From contig JAQCIU010000012.1 of NCBI GenBank assembly GCA_027593235.1, positions 19,893-83,892 on the forward strand: a stretch of 64,000 nucleotides of DNA, in the 5' to 3' direction. The notes under the pieces were generated by a model that was given only the letters and a program-made list of their open reading frames with translations, did not search any database and was not told where the DNA came from. This document shows positions 32,827 through 42,708 of the stretch, in pieces (position 1 is the stretch's first letter; each line of letters begins with the position of its first letter). This DNA is from Chloroflexota bacterium. GTDB lineage: Bacteria; Chloroflexota; Dehalococcoidia; UBA2979. The position numbers and the translations under genes were made by a program.

Positions 32827-34221
32827 GTGCTCGCGTCTCCACACCTGTCTAACCTTCCGACGACCGGCGCTCTGGCCGGATCGCGCCGCAGCGGCCCCGC
32901 GGATCGTCGCGGCCAGCGCCGAGGCGCCGAGGTGCTGTATTACGCCTCACGGCTGACCAGTCAGACCGGCCAGGGCGTCTTCTTCGCGTTGCTGGTGCTG
33001 GTGGCCGGGCCGGGTACCGGCGGTGCGCTGGGCCTCGGCAGCGTGATGGTGGCGATGACCGTTGCCGCGATCGTGCTGGGGCCGGTGGGCGGCGCGATCG
33101 TCGACCGCCTCGGTCCTCGAGTGGCGCTTCCCGTTGGCGCGTTGTTGCGCGCGCTGGCCGTCGGGCTCGCGTTGATCGTGATCGCCCGCGGCGAATACGC
33201 GTGGATTGCCGCCTTCGGCTATTCGGCCGCGTCGCAGATCTTCTCGCCCGCGGAACTGGCACTGGTATCGACGATTCGCCGTCGCCGACCGGCCGGGGCG
33301 CACGCGTCGTTGTTCGCGCTGCAGTTCGGCGGGCAGGCGATCGGCGCCTTCCTGCTGGCGCCGGCGCTGTTCTGGTTGGGCGGCACCAGCGGGATGCTGG
33401 TGGGAGCGTTCGCCTTGTTCGCTAGCGTGGTCGCGTTGACGACCGTGCTCAGCGCACGCTTGCCGATCGCCGCGGTGCGTCACGCGGCGCGACCCCGTTC
33501 CGCACGACGGTTCATCCCAACGCTCCGGTTCATGCCGGCGTTGCGATTCATCACCGGCGAGCCGCAGGCGCTCTACGCCGTGGGCTTGTTGGCATTCGTT
33601 GACGTGTTATCGAAGTGTCTGGTGATCGCCGCGCCGATCTACTTCCAGGCGGAATTGCACCTCGGGCGTGGCCAGGTCGTGGTGCTGGCTGCCGCGGTTG
33701 CCCTCGGTGGGTTGATCGGGCTCGGCTGGTCGGCGCGGTTCGTGTCGCCTCGGCAGTCGCCGTTGGCGATGCGGTTGGTGCTGCTGGCGGCGCTGTTGTC
33801 GATCTTCGCGCTCGCGCCGCTGGGGGACGAGCTTGGCTCGCTGACCGTGAGCGGCGCGTCGATTGACCTCGGCGGCATCGCCGGGCCGATCGAGGCGGGG
33901 TCGTTGGCGGCGTTGCCGGCGCTGTTGGTGCTGGGGATGACGCTGAGCATGGCGCCGATCATCGCGCGGAGCGTGCTGACCAGCACCGCGCCAGCGGAGC
34001 AGCAAGGTCGCGTCTTCGCCGCGGAAGCGGTGTTCTCCAACGTGCTGGCGGTACCGGCGGTGTTGCTGGCGGCACTGTCCACGGACATCGCTTCCGGCCG
34101 CGCGACGATGATGTTCATCGGCATCGTCGGCGGCGCGGTCTTCCTGATGCTGGAGTACCACGCGCTGCGCCGGCGCGGCTGGGCCGCCGCAAACCCGGTC
34201 CCCGCACCGACCGTCGCCTAG
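32827..34221 (+). CDS. MFS transporter
   Basis: About 12 TM segments, GAIVDRLGPR motif A, APAEQQGRVFA. Start uncertain (32743 or 32827). Confidence 0.85.
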   Translation: MLASPHLSNLPTTGALAGSRRSGPADRRGQRRGAEVLYYASRLTSQTGQGVFFALLVLVAGPGTGGALGLGSVMVAMTVAAIVLGPVGGAIVDRLGPRVALPVGALLRALAVGLALIVIARGEYAWIAAFGYSAASQIFSPAELALVSTIRRRRPAGAHASLFALQFGGQAIGAFLLAPALFWLGGTSGMLVGAFALFASVVALTTVLSARLPIAAVRHAARPRSARRFIPTLRFMPALRFITGEPQALYAVGLLAFVDVLSKCLVIAAPIYFQAELHLGRGQVVVLAAAVALGGLIGLGWSARFVSPRQSPLAMRLVLLAALLSIFALAPLGDELGSLTVSGASIDLGGIAGPIEAGSLAALPALLVLGMTLSMAPIIARSVLTSTAPAEQQGRVFAAEAVFSNVLAVPAVLLAALSTDIASGRATMMFIGIVGGAVFLMLEYHALRRRGWAAANPVPAPTVA

Positions 34222-34276
34222 TTCGCGGCTGCCGAGGGCGCGCACTCACTGACCGCCGTCGTTCGCTGCCGGCCAC

Positions 34277-34972
34277 TCACGGGCGCGGCCGGCGCTCCGA
34301 CCGAGTGCTGATCGCTCGGATCACCTCCAGGCTGTCGGTGATGATCCCGCCCACCCCCGCCTCGATCAGGCGCATCGCGCGTTCCAGGTCGTTGACGGTC
34401 CAGGTGAAGATCAGCGGGGTCCGCTCGCGCAGATCCGCGATCACCTTGGGCGTGAGTAGATCCACCTGTAGTCCGATACCCGCGCCCGTCCACGTATCGA
34501 GCTGATCGCGCATCAGGCGCAACGCCTCCGGCGAGCCGATCGAACGGATCACGCGGGCGCGCTCGACCTCCAGGAACGGCTCCAGGTGGGCCCAGTGCTG
34601 CGAGGAGACGCCGTATCGGCGTCCCGGCAACAGCTCGTCCGCCAGCACGCGCAGGGCGGCGGGCAACCGTGGATGCGTGCCTTTGAGATCGAAGAACAGC
34701 TCGACGTTCGGCGGGAGCGTTGGGAGCAGATCGGGGATGGTGACGCGGCGGCTGCGTCCAAGGGCGAGCGACCAGCGGTCCCAGCGCAGCGGGACCGGGC
34801 CGAGCGTCTTGTCGTGCCCGACCTCGATGCGGCCGCGGTGGAACCAGACATCCACCTCGATGAGCTGGGCGCCCGCCGCGGCAGCGGGGGCGACCGTGCG
34901 CGGGCGATTCCCGGCGCGGTGAGCGATCAACAGCGGCTGCGGTTTCGAGTCCACTCCGGCTCCATCAGCCAT
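34277..34972 (-). CDS. Glycerophosphodiester phosphodiesterase family protein
   Basis: LIAHRAGN, IEVDV, HD, FDLK, FTWTVND, GIITD. Confidence 0.85.
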   Translation of the reverse strand: MADGAGVDSKPQPLLIAHRAGNRPRTVAPAAAAGAQLIEVDVWFHRGRIEVGHDKTLGPVPLRWDRWSLALGRSRRVTIPDLLPTLPPNVELFFDLKGTHPRLPAALRVLADELLPGRRYGVSSQHWAHLEPFLEVERARVIRSIGSPEALRLMRDQLDTWTGAGIGLQVDLLTPKVIADLRERTPLIFTWTVNDLERAMRLIEAGVGGIITDSLEVIRAISTRSERRPRP

Positions 34973-35145
34973 GCGGCCCAGATGACCTCGGACGGGATGC
35001 TCAGGGTAGCGCGCGGCGGCGGGGCGGACGTTCGCCCGGCCGGGCGGTGACCTTCGGGGCGGGCAGCACGAGGCCGAACGGTGCATGCTGCTTAGAGCAT
35101 CGCGGCAGGCGCCGTTGCACGACGGCTGCTCGGTGGGGGGCATCG

Positions 35146-35982
35146 TTGACCGCGCTGATCGTTCCGCTGCTGCTCGCGACCGTCCTCGTGATCCTCGCGG
35201 TCGCAGCCTTGCGGATGCGCGGGTCACGTCGTCCTGCGTTTCTGCGCGAGGTCACGTTCGTCCTCTCCGCTTACTTCCTCTACTTCGTGATCCGCGGCGT
35301 CACCGAAGCGCGTGAGAGCGAGGCGATTGCTCGGGCGCTCGCGCTGGAGCGCCTCGAACAGCGCCTGCATCTCTTCTACGAAGTGCGCCTGCAGGCCGCC
35401 GTGCTCGACCATTCGTGGCTGATCGAGCTCGTGAATGCGGTCTACATCTGGGGGCACTGGCCGGTGGTCGGGGCGGTCGGCCTGTGGCTCTACCTGACGC
35501 GACGTCGGGCCTACCGGCGCTATCGGAACGCGATGCTGATCTCCGGAGCGGTCGGGATTGTGATCTTCATGCTGTTCCCGACCGCCCCGCCCCGGCTGGC
35601 CAATCCGGAGTTGATCGACACCGTGGTGGAGCGGACGGATGCCTATCGGGTGATGCAACCGCCTCAGCTCACCAACCAGTTCGCCGCGGTCCCCAGCCTG
35701 CATCTCGGCTGGAATTTGCTGATGGGGATCGCGTTGGTCCGTGAAGCGAAGCGACAGTGGATGCAGATGTTCGGCTGGCTGATGCCGCCCGTCATGTTCG
35801 CGGCGACCATCATCACCGCCAACCATTATCTGCTGGACGCGGTCGCGGGCGCGGTGGTGGTGCTGGTTGCCCTGGGGATTGTCGAACGGTGGGGGCCGCG
35901 ATCACGGATACGGCTGCCCGCCCGGCTGGGCGGCCGGCCCGTCCGGCGCGCGCCAACGAAGGCGTCACTCGGCGAGGATTGA
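35146..35982 (+). CDS. PAP2-like membrane phosphatase/phosphotransferase (IPC synthase-like)
   Basis: FPTAPPRL, NQFAAVPSLHLGW, TANHYLLD and several TM segments. Start uncertain. Confidence 0.85.
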   Translation: MTALIVPLLLATVLVILAVAALRMRGSRRPAFLREVTFVLSAYFLYFVIRGVTEARESEAIARALALERLEQRLHLFYEVRLQAAVLDHSWLIELVNAVYIWGHWPVVGAVGLWLYLTRRRAYRRYRNAMLISGAVGIVIFMLFPTAPPRLANPELIDTVVERTDAYRVMQPPQLTNQFAAVPSLHLGWNLLMGIALVREAKRQWMQMFGWLMPPVMFAATIITANHYLLDAVAGAVVVLVALGIVERWGPRSRIRLPARLGGRPVRRAPTKASLGED

Positions 35983-36073
35983 GCGGCGCCTTCGGGCCCG
36001 GACCGCGCGACGCCGAGTGGGCCATGGCCCGTTCCGTTTGTCGGCGCAGTCGCGATCGGCGACTCTGATCGCC

Positions 36074-37534
36074 ATGTCACTGCTCTGGGCACGACTGCTG
36101 GTCTTCGGCACCTCGGCCGCCGTGCTCGTCCTCGAGATCCTGGCGGGGCGGCTGATGGCGCCGTACGTCGGTGTCACGCTGGAGACGTTCACCGGGATCA
36201 TCGGCGTCGTGCTCGCGGGTATCGCGGCCGGGGCGTGGGTGGGCGGCCGCGCGGCGGACGACGTGGAACCACGACGGCTGCTCGGGCCGGTGCTTGTGCT
36301 CTCCGGCGTGCTCGTGCTGGCAGCGCCAACCCTCGTCGACTGGGTCGGTCCCTCGATGCGCGCCGGCGGTCCCTTCGAGATCACCGTCCTCACCGCCAGC
36401 GCCTTCTTCTGGCCCTCGCTTACGCTCTCCACCGTCACGCCGATCGTCGTGAAGCTGCGGCTGCGCTCGCTCGATCAGACCGGCCGCGTCGTCGGCGAGC
36501 TGTCCGCCCTCGGCACGCTCGGCGCCCTCGCCGGGACCTTCCTGACCGGCTTCGTGCTGCTCGCCGCGGTGCCATCGAGGTCGCTCGTGCTGATCGTTGG
36601 CGTCGCCTTGGTGGTGGTCGGACTGCCATTGCTGCTGCGCTCCGCCTCGAAAGGCGTCTCCGCGCTGGCGCTTGTTGCCACCGCCGGCGCCGGTGGCGGG
36701 CTGTTCATCGAGGGCGGTCCGTGCGACGTGGAGACGACCTACTTCTGCGCCACCATCGAGGTGGATCCGGCGAACGAGGGCGGTCGCACGCTCTGGCTCG
36801 ACACGCTGCGGCACAGCTACGTGGACCTCGATGACCCGGAGCACCTCGAGTTCCGCTACTCGCGGATCATGGCGGACGTGATCGCGGAGCTGCCGGACGG
36901 GCCGCTGCGCGGCGCGTACGTCGGCGGCGGTGGATTCACGCTGCCGTGCTACTTCGCCGCGGTCCGTCCGGGAACGACCGCGCTCGTCTTCGAGATCGAC
37001 GGCGATCTGGTCAGGCTCGTCGAGGACGAACTCGGCCTGGTACTGAGCGACGACCTCCGCGTCGAGGTCGGCGATGCGCGGCTCGCCTTGCCCGACCAGC
37101 CCGATGGCGCCTTCGACTTCGTCGTCGGCGATGCGTTTGGCGGCCTGAGCGTCCCCTGGCACCTCACCACCCGCGAGTTCTTGCGCGAGATCGATCGCGT
37201 GCTCGACGAGGACGGCGTTTACGTCATCAACCTGATCGACTACCCGCCGCTCGGCTTCGCCCGCGCCGAGGCGGCGACGTTCCTCGAGGTGTTCGACCAC
37301 GTCGGCATCGCCTCGACGTTCGACCGGCTCGCAGGTGCGGACGGTGGGAATTTCGTGCTGATCGGATCACGCACGGAGCTGGACTGGGCCTCGATCGGTG
37401 CGCGGATCCTCGACCGCGGCGGGTTCGACGCCGTGCTCGCCGGGGCGGAGGCCGAGGCGTTCGCGGTCGGTGCGCGCGTACTGCGTGACGATTTCGCGCC
37501 GGTCGACCAACTGCTCTCGCAGCCGCCGCGCTAG
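36074..37534 (+). CDS. Fused membrane domain/spermidine synthase-like methyltransferase
   Basis: LVLEILAGRLMAPYVG TM block followed by GGGGFTLP, EID, VGDAR, GDAF, PWHLTTREF, LRDDFAPVD. Confidence 0.88.
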   Translation: MSLLWARLLVFGTSAAVLVLEILAGRLMAPYVGVTLETFTGIIGVVLAGIAAGAWVGGRAADDVEPRRLLGPVLVLSGVLVLAAPTLVDWVGPSMRAGGPFEITVLTASAFFWPSLTLSTVTPIVVKLRLRSLDQTGRVVGELSALGTLGALAGTFLTGFVLLAAVPSRSLVLIVGVALVVVGLPLLLRSASKGVSALALVATAGAGGGLFIEGGPCDVETTYFCATIEVDPANEGGRTLWLDTLRHSYVDLDDPEHLEFRYSRIMADVIAELPDGPLRGAYVGGGGFTLPCYFAAVRPGTTALVFEIDGDLVRLVEDELGLVLSDDLRVEVGDARLALPDQPDGAFDFVVGDAFGGLSVPWHLTTREFLREIDRVLDEDGVYVINLIDYPPLGFARAEAATFLEVFDHVGIASTFDRLAGADGGNFVLIGSRTELDWASIGARILDRGGFDAVLAGAEAEAFAVGARVLRDDFAPVDQLLSQPPR

Positions 37535-37965
37535 GCGCCCGGCTCCTCGGTGTCCTCGGCGATCGCGAGCGCTTCGAGTCGCGTGTCGACGAAGGTGAGG
37601 ACCTCCTCGGCGATCGCGATTGCGCGGGCGGCATCCAGCGCTTCGTACGCCTCGGACGGAACGCCGGCGGGGATGCCGCTCGGGTAGCGCGCGCCGAGGT
37701 AGTGCTTGTCCAGGTGTCCGGCGCTCGATTTCACGAGGTCGAACGAGGGATCGAAGGCCATCGCGTCCTCGCAGAGGTCGGCGAGCCCGTGGCCCCAGAC
37801 CAGCTCCGCGCCACGGGCGTAGAGGTAGGCCACAACGGCCTTCTCCGCCGCCTGGTGGCTGAGGAAGCAGGCGAGGGCGTGACGGTCGCCCTGCGCGGCG
37901 TAGCGCGCATCCGCGAGGTCATGCGTCGCCTGGGCGCGCCAGCGACCGGACTCGCTAGCCGGCAT
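37531..37965 (-). CDS. HEPN domain protein
   Basis: W-x-x-QA-x-x-DL, ACFLSHQAAEKA, WGHGL, LDKHYLGARYP; overlaps the upstream MNT gene by 11 nt. Confidence 0.88.
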   Translation of the reverse strand: MPASESGRWRAQATHDLADARYAAQGDRHALACFLSHQAAEKAVVAYLYARGAELVWGHGLADLCEDAMAFDPSFDLVKSSAGHLDKHYLGARYPSGIPAGVPSEAYEALDAARAIAIAEEVLTFVDTRLEALAIAEDTEEPGA

Positions 37966-38296
37966 ACGCCGGTTCGCCAGCGGCGAGCGTGCGGATCAGC
38001 AGCGGATCCTCACCCGCCAGGGCTGCGAACTCCTCGGGTGTGTAGACGAGGAACCGCGTCTGCAGCCGCGGGCGGAGGTGATCGACGAAGAAGTCGGCGC
38101 GGCGGTGGAACGGCTCGTCCGTCGGGTGGACGAGCACGACCTCGAGCGGTGTGTCGGCGCGCACGTCGTCTCGAGCGAACGCGCCCGCCACGTAGACGCG
38201 CTGCACGCCGAGTGGCGGCAGCTCCTCGACAAAGCGCGCCAGCTCGGCCTCGATCATCGCGCGGCGCTGCTGGGCGAAGCCGATCATCATCGGCAC
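37955..38296 (-). CDS. Minimal nucleotidyltransferase (MNT)-fold protein with degenerate active site
   Basis: Aligns by eye to the MNT pattern FGSxARG...SDxD...DxLVYTPEE but reads AGAFARD...TPLE...RFLVYTPEE; paired with HEPN. Confidence 0.75.
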   Translation of the reverse strand: MPMMIGFAQQRRAMIEAELARFVEELPPLGVQRVYVAGAFARDDVRADTPLEVVLVHPTDEPFHRRADFFVDHLRPRLQTRFLVYTPEEFAALAGEDPLLIRTLAAGEPAYAG

Positions 38297-38331
38297 CGGG
38301 CGAGGCCGATCACTGGCCGCACGAGGCGTCG

Positions 38332-39357
38332 CTAAACCGTCGAGAGCGACGGCGAGCGCGGCACCGCCATCACCTCGGACGCCGCCAGCGGCAGTGCGTC
38401 CTTTTGGTAGACCTGAAAACGGTGACTGCCGTAATCGCCGACGATCATCTGCCCCGCGTCGTCCACGTGGACGGAGACAGGCGAGCGGAATCGCTTCTGT
38501 GGCTCCAGGTGCGCCATGTCGCGCAGGCGCAGCACCTTCGGGTTCGCCAGCACGTAGTCGCGGCCCATCCTCGAGAGCGTCGCGTCGCCGATGAACTGCT
38601 CCACGTAACGTCCGTTGCGATCGAAGAGCTCGACGCGGTTGTTGCCACGGTCGACGACGTAGATGTCGCCGTGGTGATCGATGGCTATGCCGGCCGGGCG
38701 GTTGAACTGGCCGTCGCCGCTCCCGGAGCTGCCGAACTGCGTCAGCAGCTCGCCGCTCTGCGTGAACTTCTGCACGCGGTCATTCCGCCAGTCCACGACG
38801 TACACGGCGCCGGCGGCGTCGAACGTGATGCCCCAGGGGTTATCGAGCTGTCCCGCGCCGTTGCCGTGGCTACCGAAGCTGCTGATGTACCCGCCGTCCT
38901 TGCTGAAGCACTGGATGCGGTGATTGCCGGTGTCGCTGACCCAGAGCCGCTCTTCTGCGTCGAACGCCATGTGCGAGGGGCGATCGAGCTGACCCAGCTC
39001 GGATCCGCGCGTACCCCAGCGCGTGACGACCTCGCCCTCGGGGGTGAGCACCGTGATCTGGTGCGTGCCCTCGTCCGAGACGTACAGGCGCCCGGCCGCG
39101 TCTCGCACGATCGAGGCCGGCCAGGTGAATCCCGGCCCGACCGCGCCGAGGTCTTCGTCCTCGAAGCTGATTGCGCGGATCGATCCCGAACCGTCGAACC
39201 GTGAGAGGCAGTAGATGCGCCCGTCGTCGCCGCGCGCGAAGTCGATTGGGTACCAGGTGAGACGCCGCATCCCCAGCGTCTTCACATAGGGGAACCCGGC
39301 GCGGAGGAGTACCTCGTAATCGCCCGTGTGGCCGTTCTGGTGACCGTTTTGCGTCAT
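38332..39357 (-). CDS. NHL-repeat beta-propeller protein
   Basis: Repeats such as GQLDRPSHMAFD...WVSDTGNHRIQ, GQLDNPWGITFD...YVVDWRNDRVQ and GQFNRPAGIAID...YVVDRGNNRV. Confidence 0.9.
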   Translation of the reverse strand: MTQNGHQNGHTGDYEVLLRAGFPYVKTLGMRRLTWYPIDFARGDDGRIYCLSRFDGSGSIRAISFEDEDLGAVGPGFTWPASIVRDAAGRLYVSDEGTHQITVLTPEGEVVTRWGTRGSELGQLDRPSHMAFDAEERLWVSDTGNHRIQCFSKDGGYISSFGSHGNGAGQLDNPWGITFDAAGAVYVVDWRNDRVQKFTQSGELLTQFGSSGSGDGQFNRPAGIAIDHHGDIYVVDRGNNRVELFDRNGRYVEQFIGDATLSRMGRDYVLANPKVLRLRDMAHLEPQKRFRSPVSVHVDDAGQMIVGDYGSHRFQVYQKDALPLAASEVMAVPRSPSLSTV

Positions 39358-39406
39358 GTCGTCCTCCTCCCTCATTGGCGTAGGCCGCCGCGTGTCCTCG
39401 ATGCGC

Positions 39407-40555
39407 CTAGTCCGCTGTCACCTTGTAGGGCGAGATCTGTTCGAACTGGCCGTTGACGATCGCGGTCGGGTCCATGCGCATCCACTGCTCCAGCACGGTG
39501 CCGTAGATGCCCCGGAAGTCGATCGTGTGACGCAGGTCCTCGCCGTAGAGCCAGTCCTCCGGCTTGATCGACGGGTACTCCGAGTACAGGCCACCCGCGA
39601 CGTGGTCGCCGATGATGTAGGCGCCGCCGCCAGAGCCGTGGTCGGTCCCCGAGCCGTTGTCCTTGATGCGGCGCCCGAACTCCGTGAAGACCATCACCGT
39701 GACCTCTTCGGACGCGTTGTGCTCGCGGAGGTCGGCCATGAAGTCGGAGAGCGCCTCGGTCAGCTCGGTGAGCAGCCGCGGGTGCGTTTCCGGCTCCAGC
39801 GAGTGGTAGTCGTAGCCGGCATGCTGCGTGTAGAAGACGCGGGTTCCGAGGCCCGCCGTGTGCACCCGCACCACGTCGCGGAGCGCCCTCGCGATCGGGT
39901 TCTGTCCGTACTCAATCGTCGAGCTGTACCGCGACGGCACGTCGCGCAGCATGTCGACGCCCTTGAGGACGTCCCGCCCGGTCTGCGCGAGGTAGTCGCG
40001 GACGATCCCCGTGCCGACGGCCGGGGTGTACATCCGCTTGAAGATGGCGAGGTCCTGCTCGCGCTCCTGCTGCGCCTCGACCTTCGTCATCAGGCCGAAG
40101 TGGTCGAGGTCGCCGATTGAGGTCGTCGTGACGCCCGCTGCGGCGAGCGCCCTCGGAAGCCCGCGCCCGAAGCTGACCGCGGTCAGCGGGTTCTCGCTGT
40201 TCGGGTCGAGGTCGCGCGTGGCTCGGGCGAGCCAGCCCTCCGTCGATATCTTCGTCGGCTCGCAGGTGTGCCAGATATCCATCGCGCGGAAGTGTGAGCG
40301 ACTGGAGTTCTCGTAGCCGATCCCCTGCACGACGGCGACGTTGCCGGCGTCGTACAGCTCCTTTAGCGGCGCCGTGGCCGGGTGCCAGCCGAGTTCATCG
40401 TTCAGCGGCAGCACGTCCTCCGAGGCGACGCCGACCGTCGGTCGCGACTTGCGGTAGTACTCGCTGGTGTGCGGGATCAGCGTGTTCATGAAGTCGAGGC
40501 CACCGCTGAGCTGGACGACTACCAGCACGGGGTCGCGTCCGTTGATCTTGGGCAT
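39407..40555 (-). CDS. DUF1501 family protein (no Tat signal)
   Basis: LVVVQLSGGLD, SRSHF, YDYH, TEFGRR, GTDHG, DFRGIY. Confidence 0.88.
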   Translation of the reverse strand: MPKINGRDPVLVVVQLSGGLDFMNTLIPHTSEYYRKSRPTVGVASEDVLPLNDELGWHPATAPLKELYDAGNVAVVQGIGYENSSRSHFRAMDIWHTCEPTKISTEGWLARATRDLDPNSENPLTAVSFGRGLPRALAAAGVTTTSIGDLDHFGLMTKVEAQQEREQDLAIFKRMYTPAVGTGIVRDYLAQTGRDVLKGVDMLRDVPSRYSSTIEYGQNPIARALRDVVRVHTAGLGTRVFYTQHAGYDYHSLEPETHPRLLTELTEALSDFMADLREHNASEEVTVMVFTEFGRRIKDNGSGTDHGSGGGAYIIGDHVAGGLYSEYPSIKPEDWLYGEDLRHTIDFRGIYGTVLEQWMRMDPTAIVNGQFEQISPYKVTAD

Positions 40556-40600
40556 CAGATCCTCCTGATGTGAGCGACCGTCTGGCCGACCTGGTCTCGG

Positions 40601-42004
40601 CTAGGCGAACTGGTATTCGGGGCAGGACACGACGAGCTGTAGCATGCGGCCGATCCGCGCTTCGCTCTGCGCGCACTCCTCGTCATTGCCGAAGGTGAGC
40701 GGGCCGTCTTCCGAGGCGAACTCCTCGAGGACGCGCCGCGTGTCCTCGCTGGCCGCGATCGGACCGGCGAGGTCGAGGCACTGCTCGACGAACGCGCCCG
40801 GTGCGACCGGGCCGCCGGCGGCCGCTATCCTCGAAACGATCGACTGCACGCCGGGTTTCGAGGTGTCCATCACCTGCTCCACGGCGAAGTTGACGCGTTC
40901 GGTGAGCGTGCCGCCGTCGAGCCACTCCTTGCCGGTATGCCAGCCCTCGACGCTGGGCGGGTCCATCAGCTTCTGGCCCATCGCGTCGGTGGCGACCGAC
41001 CAGCCGGTGATCGCGGGGTCCGGGGTCTGCGGCCAGTTGGCGAGCTTCACCGCGCTACCGACCAGCTCCAGCGGGCTCTTCACGCGGGTGAAGCGAGCGG
41101 TCTTGAAGAAGTCGGAGGTCAGCAGCGCACGCATCACAGCGCGGATGTCGCCGTCCGACGCCATGTAGGCGGCGACGAGTTGGTCGATCGCCTCGGGATC
41201 GCGCGGCGGGTCGATGCTCCAGGCCGGGACCTGCTGCTCGTCCGCGACGAAGAAGCTGTAGAGGTGCCGCGCGATGAAGCGAGCGGTCGCCTCCTGCCCG
41301 ACGATCACGTCGATGATGTCTTCGCCGTTGAGGTCGCCGGTGCGGCCGAGGAACGTCTTCTCGTCGTGGTCGTGGTCGTCGTCGCGATAGCTGAATTGCG
41401 TGTCGTAGCCGCCGAAGGGATAGAGCGGGATCGGCTGCTCGAAGGTCCAGCCGGTGAAGGCGCGCGCGGCGGCCTTGATGTCGTCCTCGCTGTAGTTACC
41501 GATGCCCATCGAGAACAGCTCGAGCAGCTCGCGTCCGTAGTTCTCGTTGATCTGGTCGGCGTGGTTCTCGGAGTTGTCGAGCCAGTGAAGCATCGCCGGG
41601 TCACGCGAGAGGTCGAGCAGGATCTGGCGCAGGTTGCCGAGGCCGTTCCCGCGGAACGTCTCGATCTGGTGGAGGATCGCCGGCCCGTGCTCGGCCTTGA
41701 ACCAGCCTGTCGCGAAGACGTGGTGCCAGAACAGCGCCATCTTCTCGCCCAGCGGCGCGCCGCTGTTCGCGAGGTTGAAGATCCAGAGCGACCCCGCGGC
41801 CACCGGCACGTCGGGGCTGTTGATCGCCGGGAAGTAGCGGTCGAGGAGGTCGGCGGAGGGGTTCGGATGCGCCTCCGGGTGGAGCAGCTCCTCGACGATT
41901 TCGTCGTAGGGCTGGTCCGCCAGCGCTTCCAGCTCGTCGCGGGTCGCGCCGACGCCGACACGGCGCATCAGGTGGGCGCGCAGTTCGATCGCTTCTGTCG
42001 CCAT
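40601..42004 (-). CDS. DUF1800 family protein
   Basis: AHLMRR, EKMALFWHHVFAT, DPAMLHWLDN, NENYGRELLELFSMG, ARAFTGW, PPSVEGW, PEYQFA. Confidence 0.9.
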   Translation of the reverse strand: MATEAIELRAHLMRRVGVGATRDELEALADQPYDEIVEELLHPEAHPNPSADLLDRYFPAINSPDVPVAAGSLWIFNLANSGAPLGEKMALFWHHVFATGWFKAEHGPAILHQIETFRGNGLGNLRQILLDLSRDPAMLHWLDNSENHADQINENYGRELLELFSMGIGNYSEDDIKAAARAFTGWTFEQPIPLYPFGGYDTQFSYRDDDHDHDEKTFLGRTGDLNGEDIIDVIVGQEATARFIARHLYSFFVADEQQVPAWSIDPPRDPEAIDQLVAAYMASDGDIRAVMRALLTSDFFKTARFTRVKSPLELVGSAVKLANWPQTPDPAITGWSVATDAMGQKLMDPPSVEGWHTGKEWLDGGTLTERVNFAVEQVMDTSKPGVQSIVSRIAAAGGPVAPGAFVEQCLDLAGPIAASEDTRRVLEEFASEDGPLTFGNDEECAQSEARIGRMLQLVVSCPEYQFA

Positions 42005-42123
42005 TGGGCCCTCACAAGCTCGGTTCACCGGTGTCGGTCGCGTTATACCAGATGTGCTGGTGTGACCCCCGCTGGATCGGGCGACGCGGACGAGGCGCGG
42101 CGCGAACTCGCCCTCGTCGAGGG

Positions 42124-42579
42124 CTAACTGGCCGCCGACGCGCCCGGACCCGGCACCGCGCGCACCTCGCGAGCGGTCAGCGCGCGGCCGTCGCTGCTGC
42201 GCACGCTCATCGGCGCGATCGGCTCACCCGAGGCGCGTTCGACGAAGACGAGGCGGTCGCCGCGCGGGTTCGGGCGGTACTGGTCACCCCAGTGCGTCAG
42301 CGCTACCAGCGCCGGCTGGAGATCGAGGCCCTTCGACGTGAGCACGTACTCGTGCCGCCCCGCCTCGACCGGTCGCTTCTCGAGGATGTCCTCCGCCACC
42401 AGGCGTTCGAGCCGGACGGCGAGGATGTTGCGCGAGATGCCGAGGCTCGACTGGAACGCATCGAAGCGACGCACGCCTCGGAAGGCGTCTCGCAGGATGA
42501 GCAGCGTCCAGCGTTCGCCGACGACCTCGAGCGTCTGCGCGAGGGAGCAGTTCATGTCCTCGAAGGACTTCAGCTTCAT
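42124..42579 (-). CDS. HxlR family winged-helix transcriptional regulator
   Basis: CSLAQTLEVVGERWTLLILRDAFRGVRRF, LGISRNILAVRL, EYVLTSKG. Confidence 0.92.
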   Translation of the reverse strand: MKLKSFEDMNCSLAQTLEVVGERWTLLILRDAFRGVRRFDAFQSSLGISRNILAVRLERLVAEDILEKRPVEAGRHEYVLTSKGLDLQPALVALTHWGDQYRPNPRGDRLVFVERASGEPIAPMSVRSSDGRALTAREVRAVPGPGASAAS

Positions 42580-42708
42580 GGGCGAATTCTAGCAGCGGGT
42601 TGCGTCATGCCATCCAAGGGACACGGCGGGCCGCCACGCAATCCCGGTATGCTGCTGTCATCACATACGTGGCGAACCCAGCCAGCGGGTCGCTCGGGAG
42701 GTGCTGGG

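Noticed and set aside
38332-39357. Periodic DNA similarity suggesting a repeat array or CRISPR
   Set aside because: These are degenerate coding NHL repeats. No identical 25-40 nt repeats with unique spacers and no cas genes occur in the window.
42004-42708. N-terminal 235 codons of the 804-aa ORF
   Set aside because: Overlaps the HxlR gene antisense; the real start is ATG 42709 with a GGGAGG RBS.
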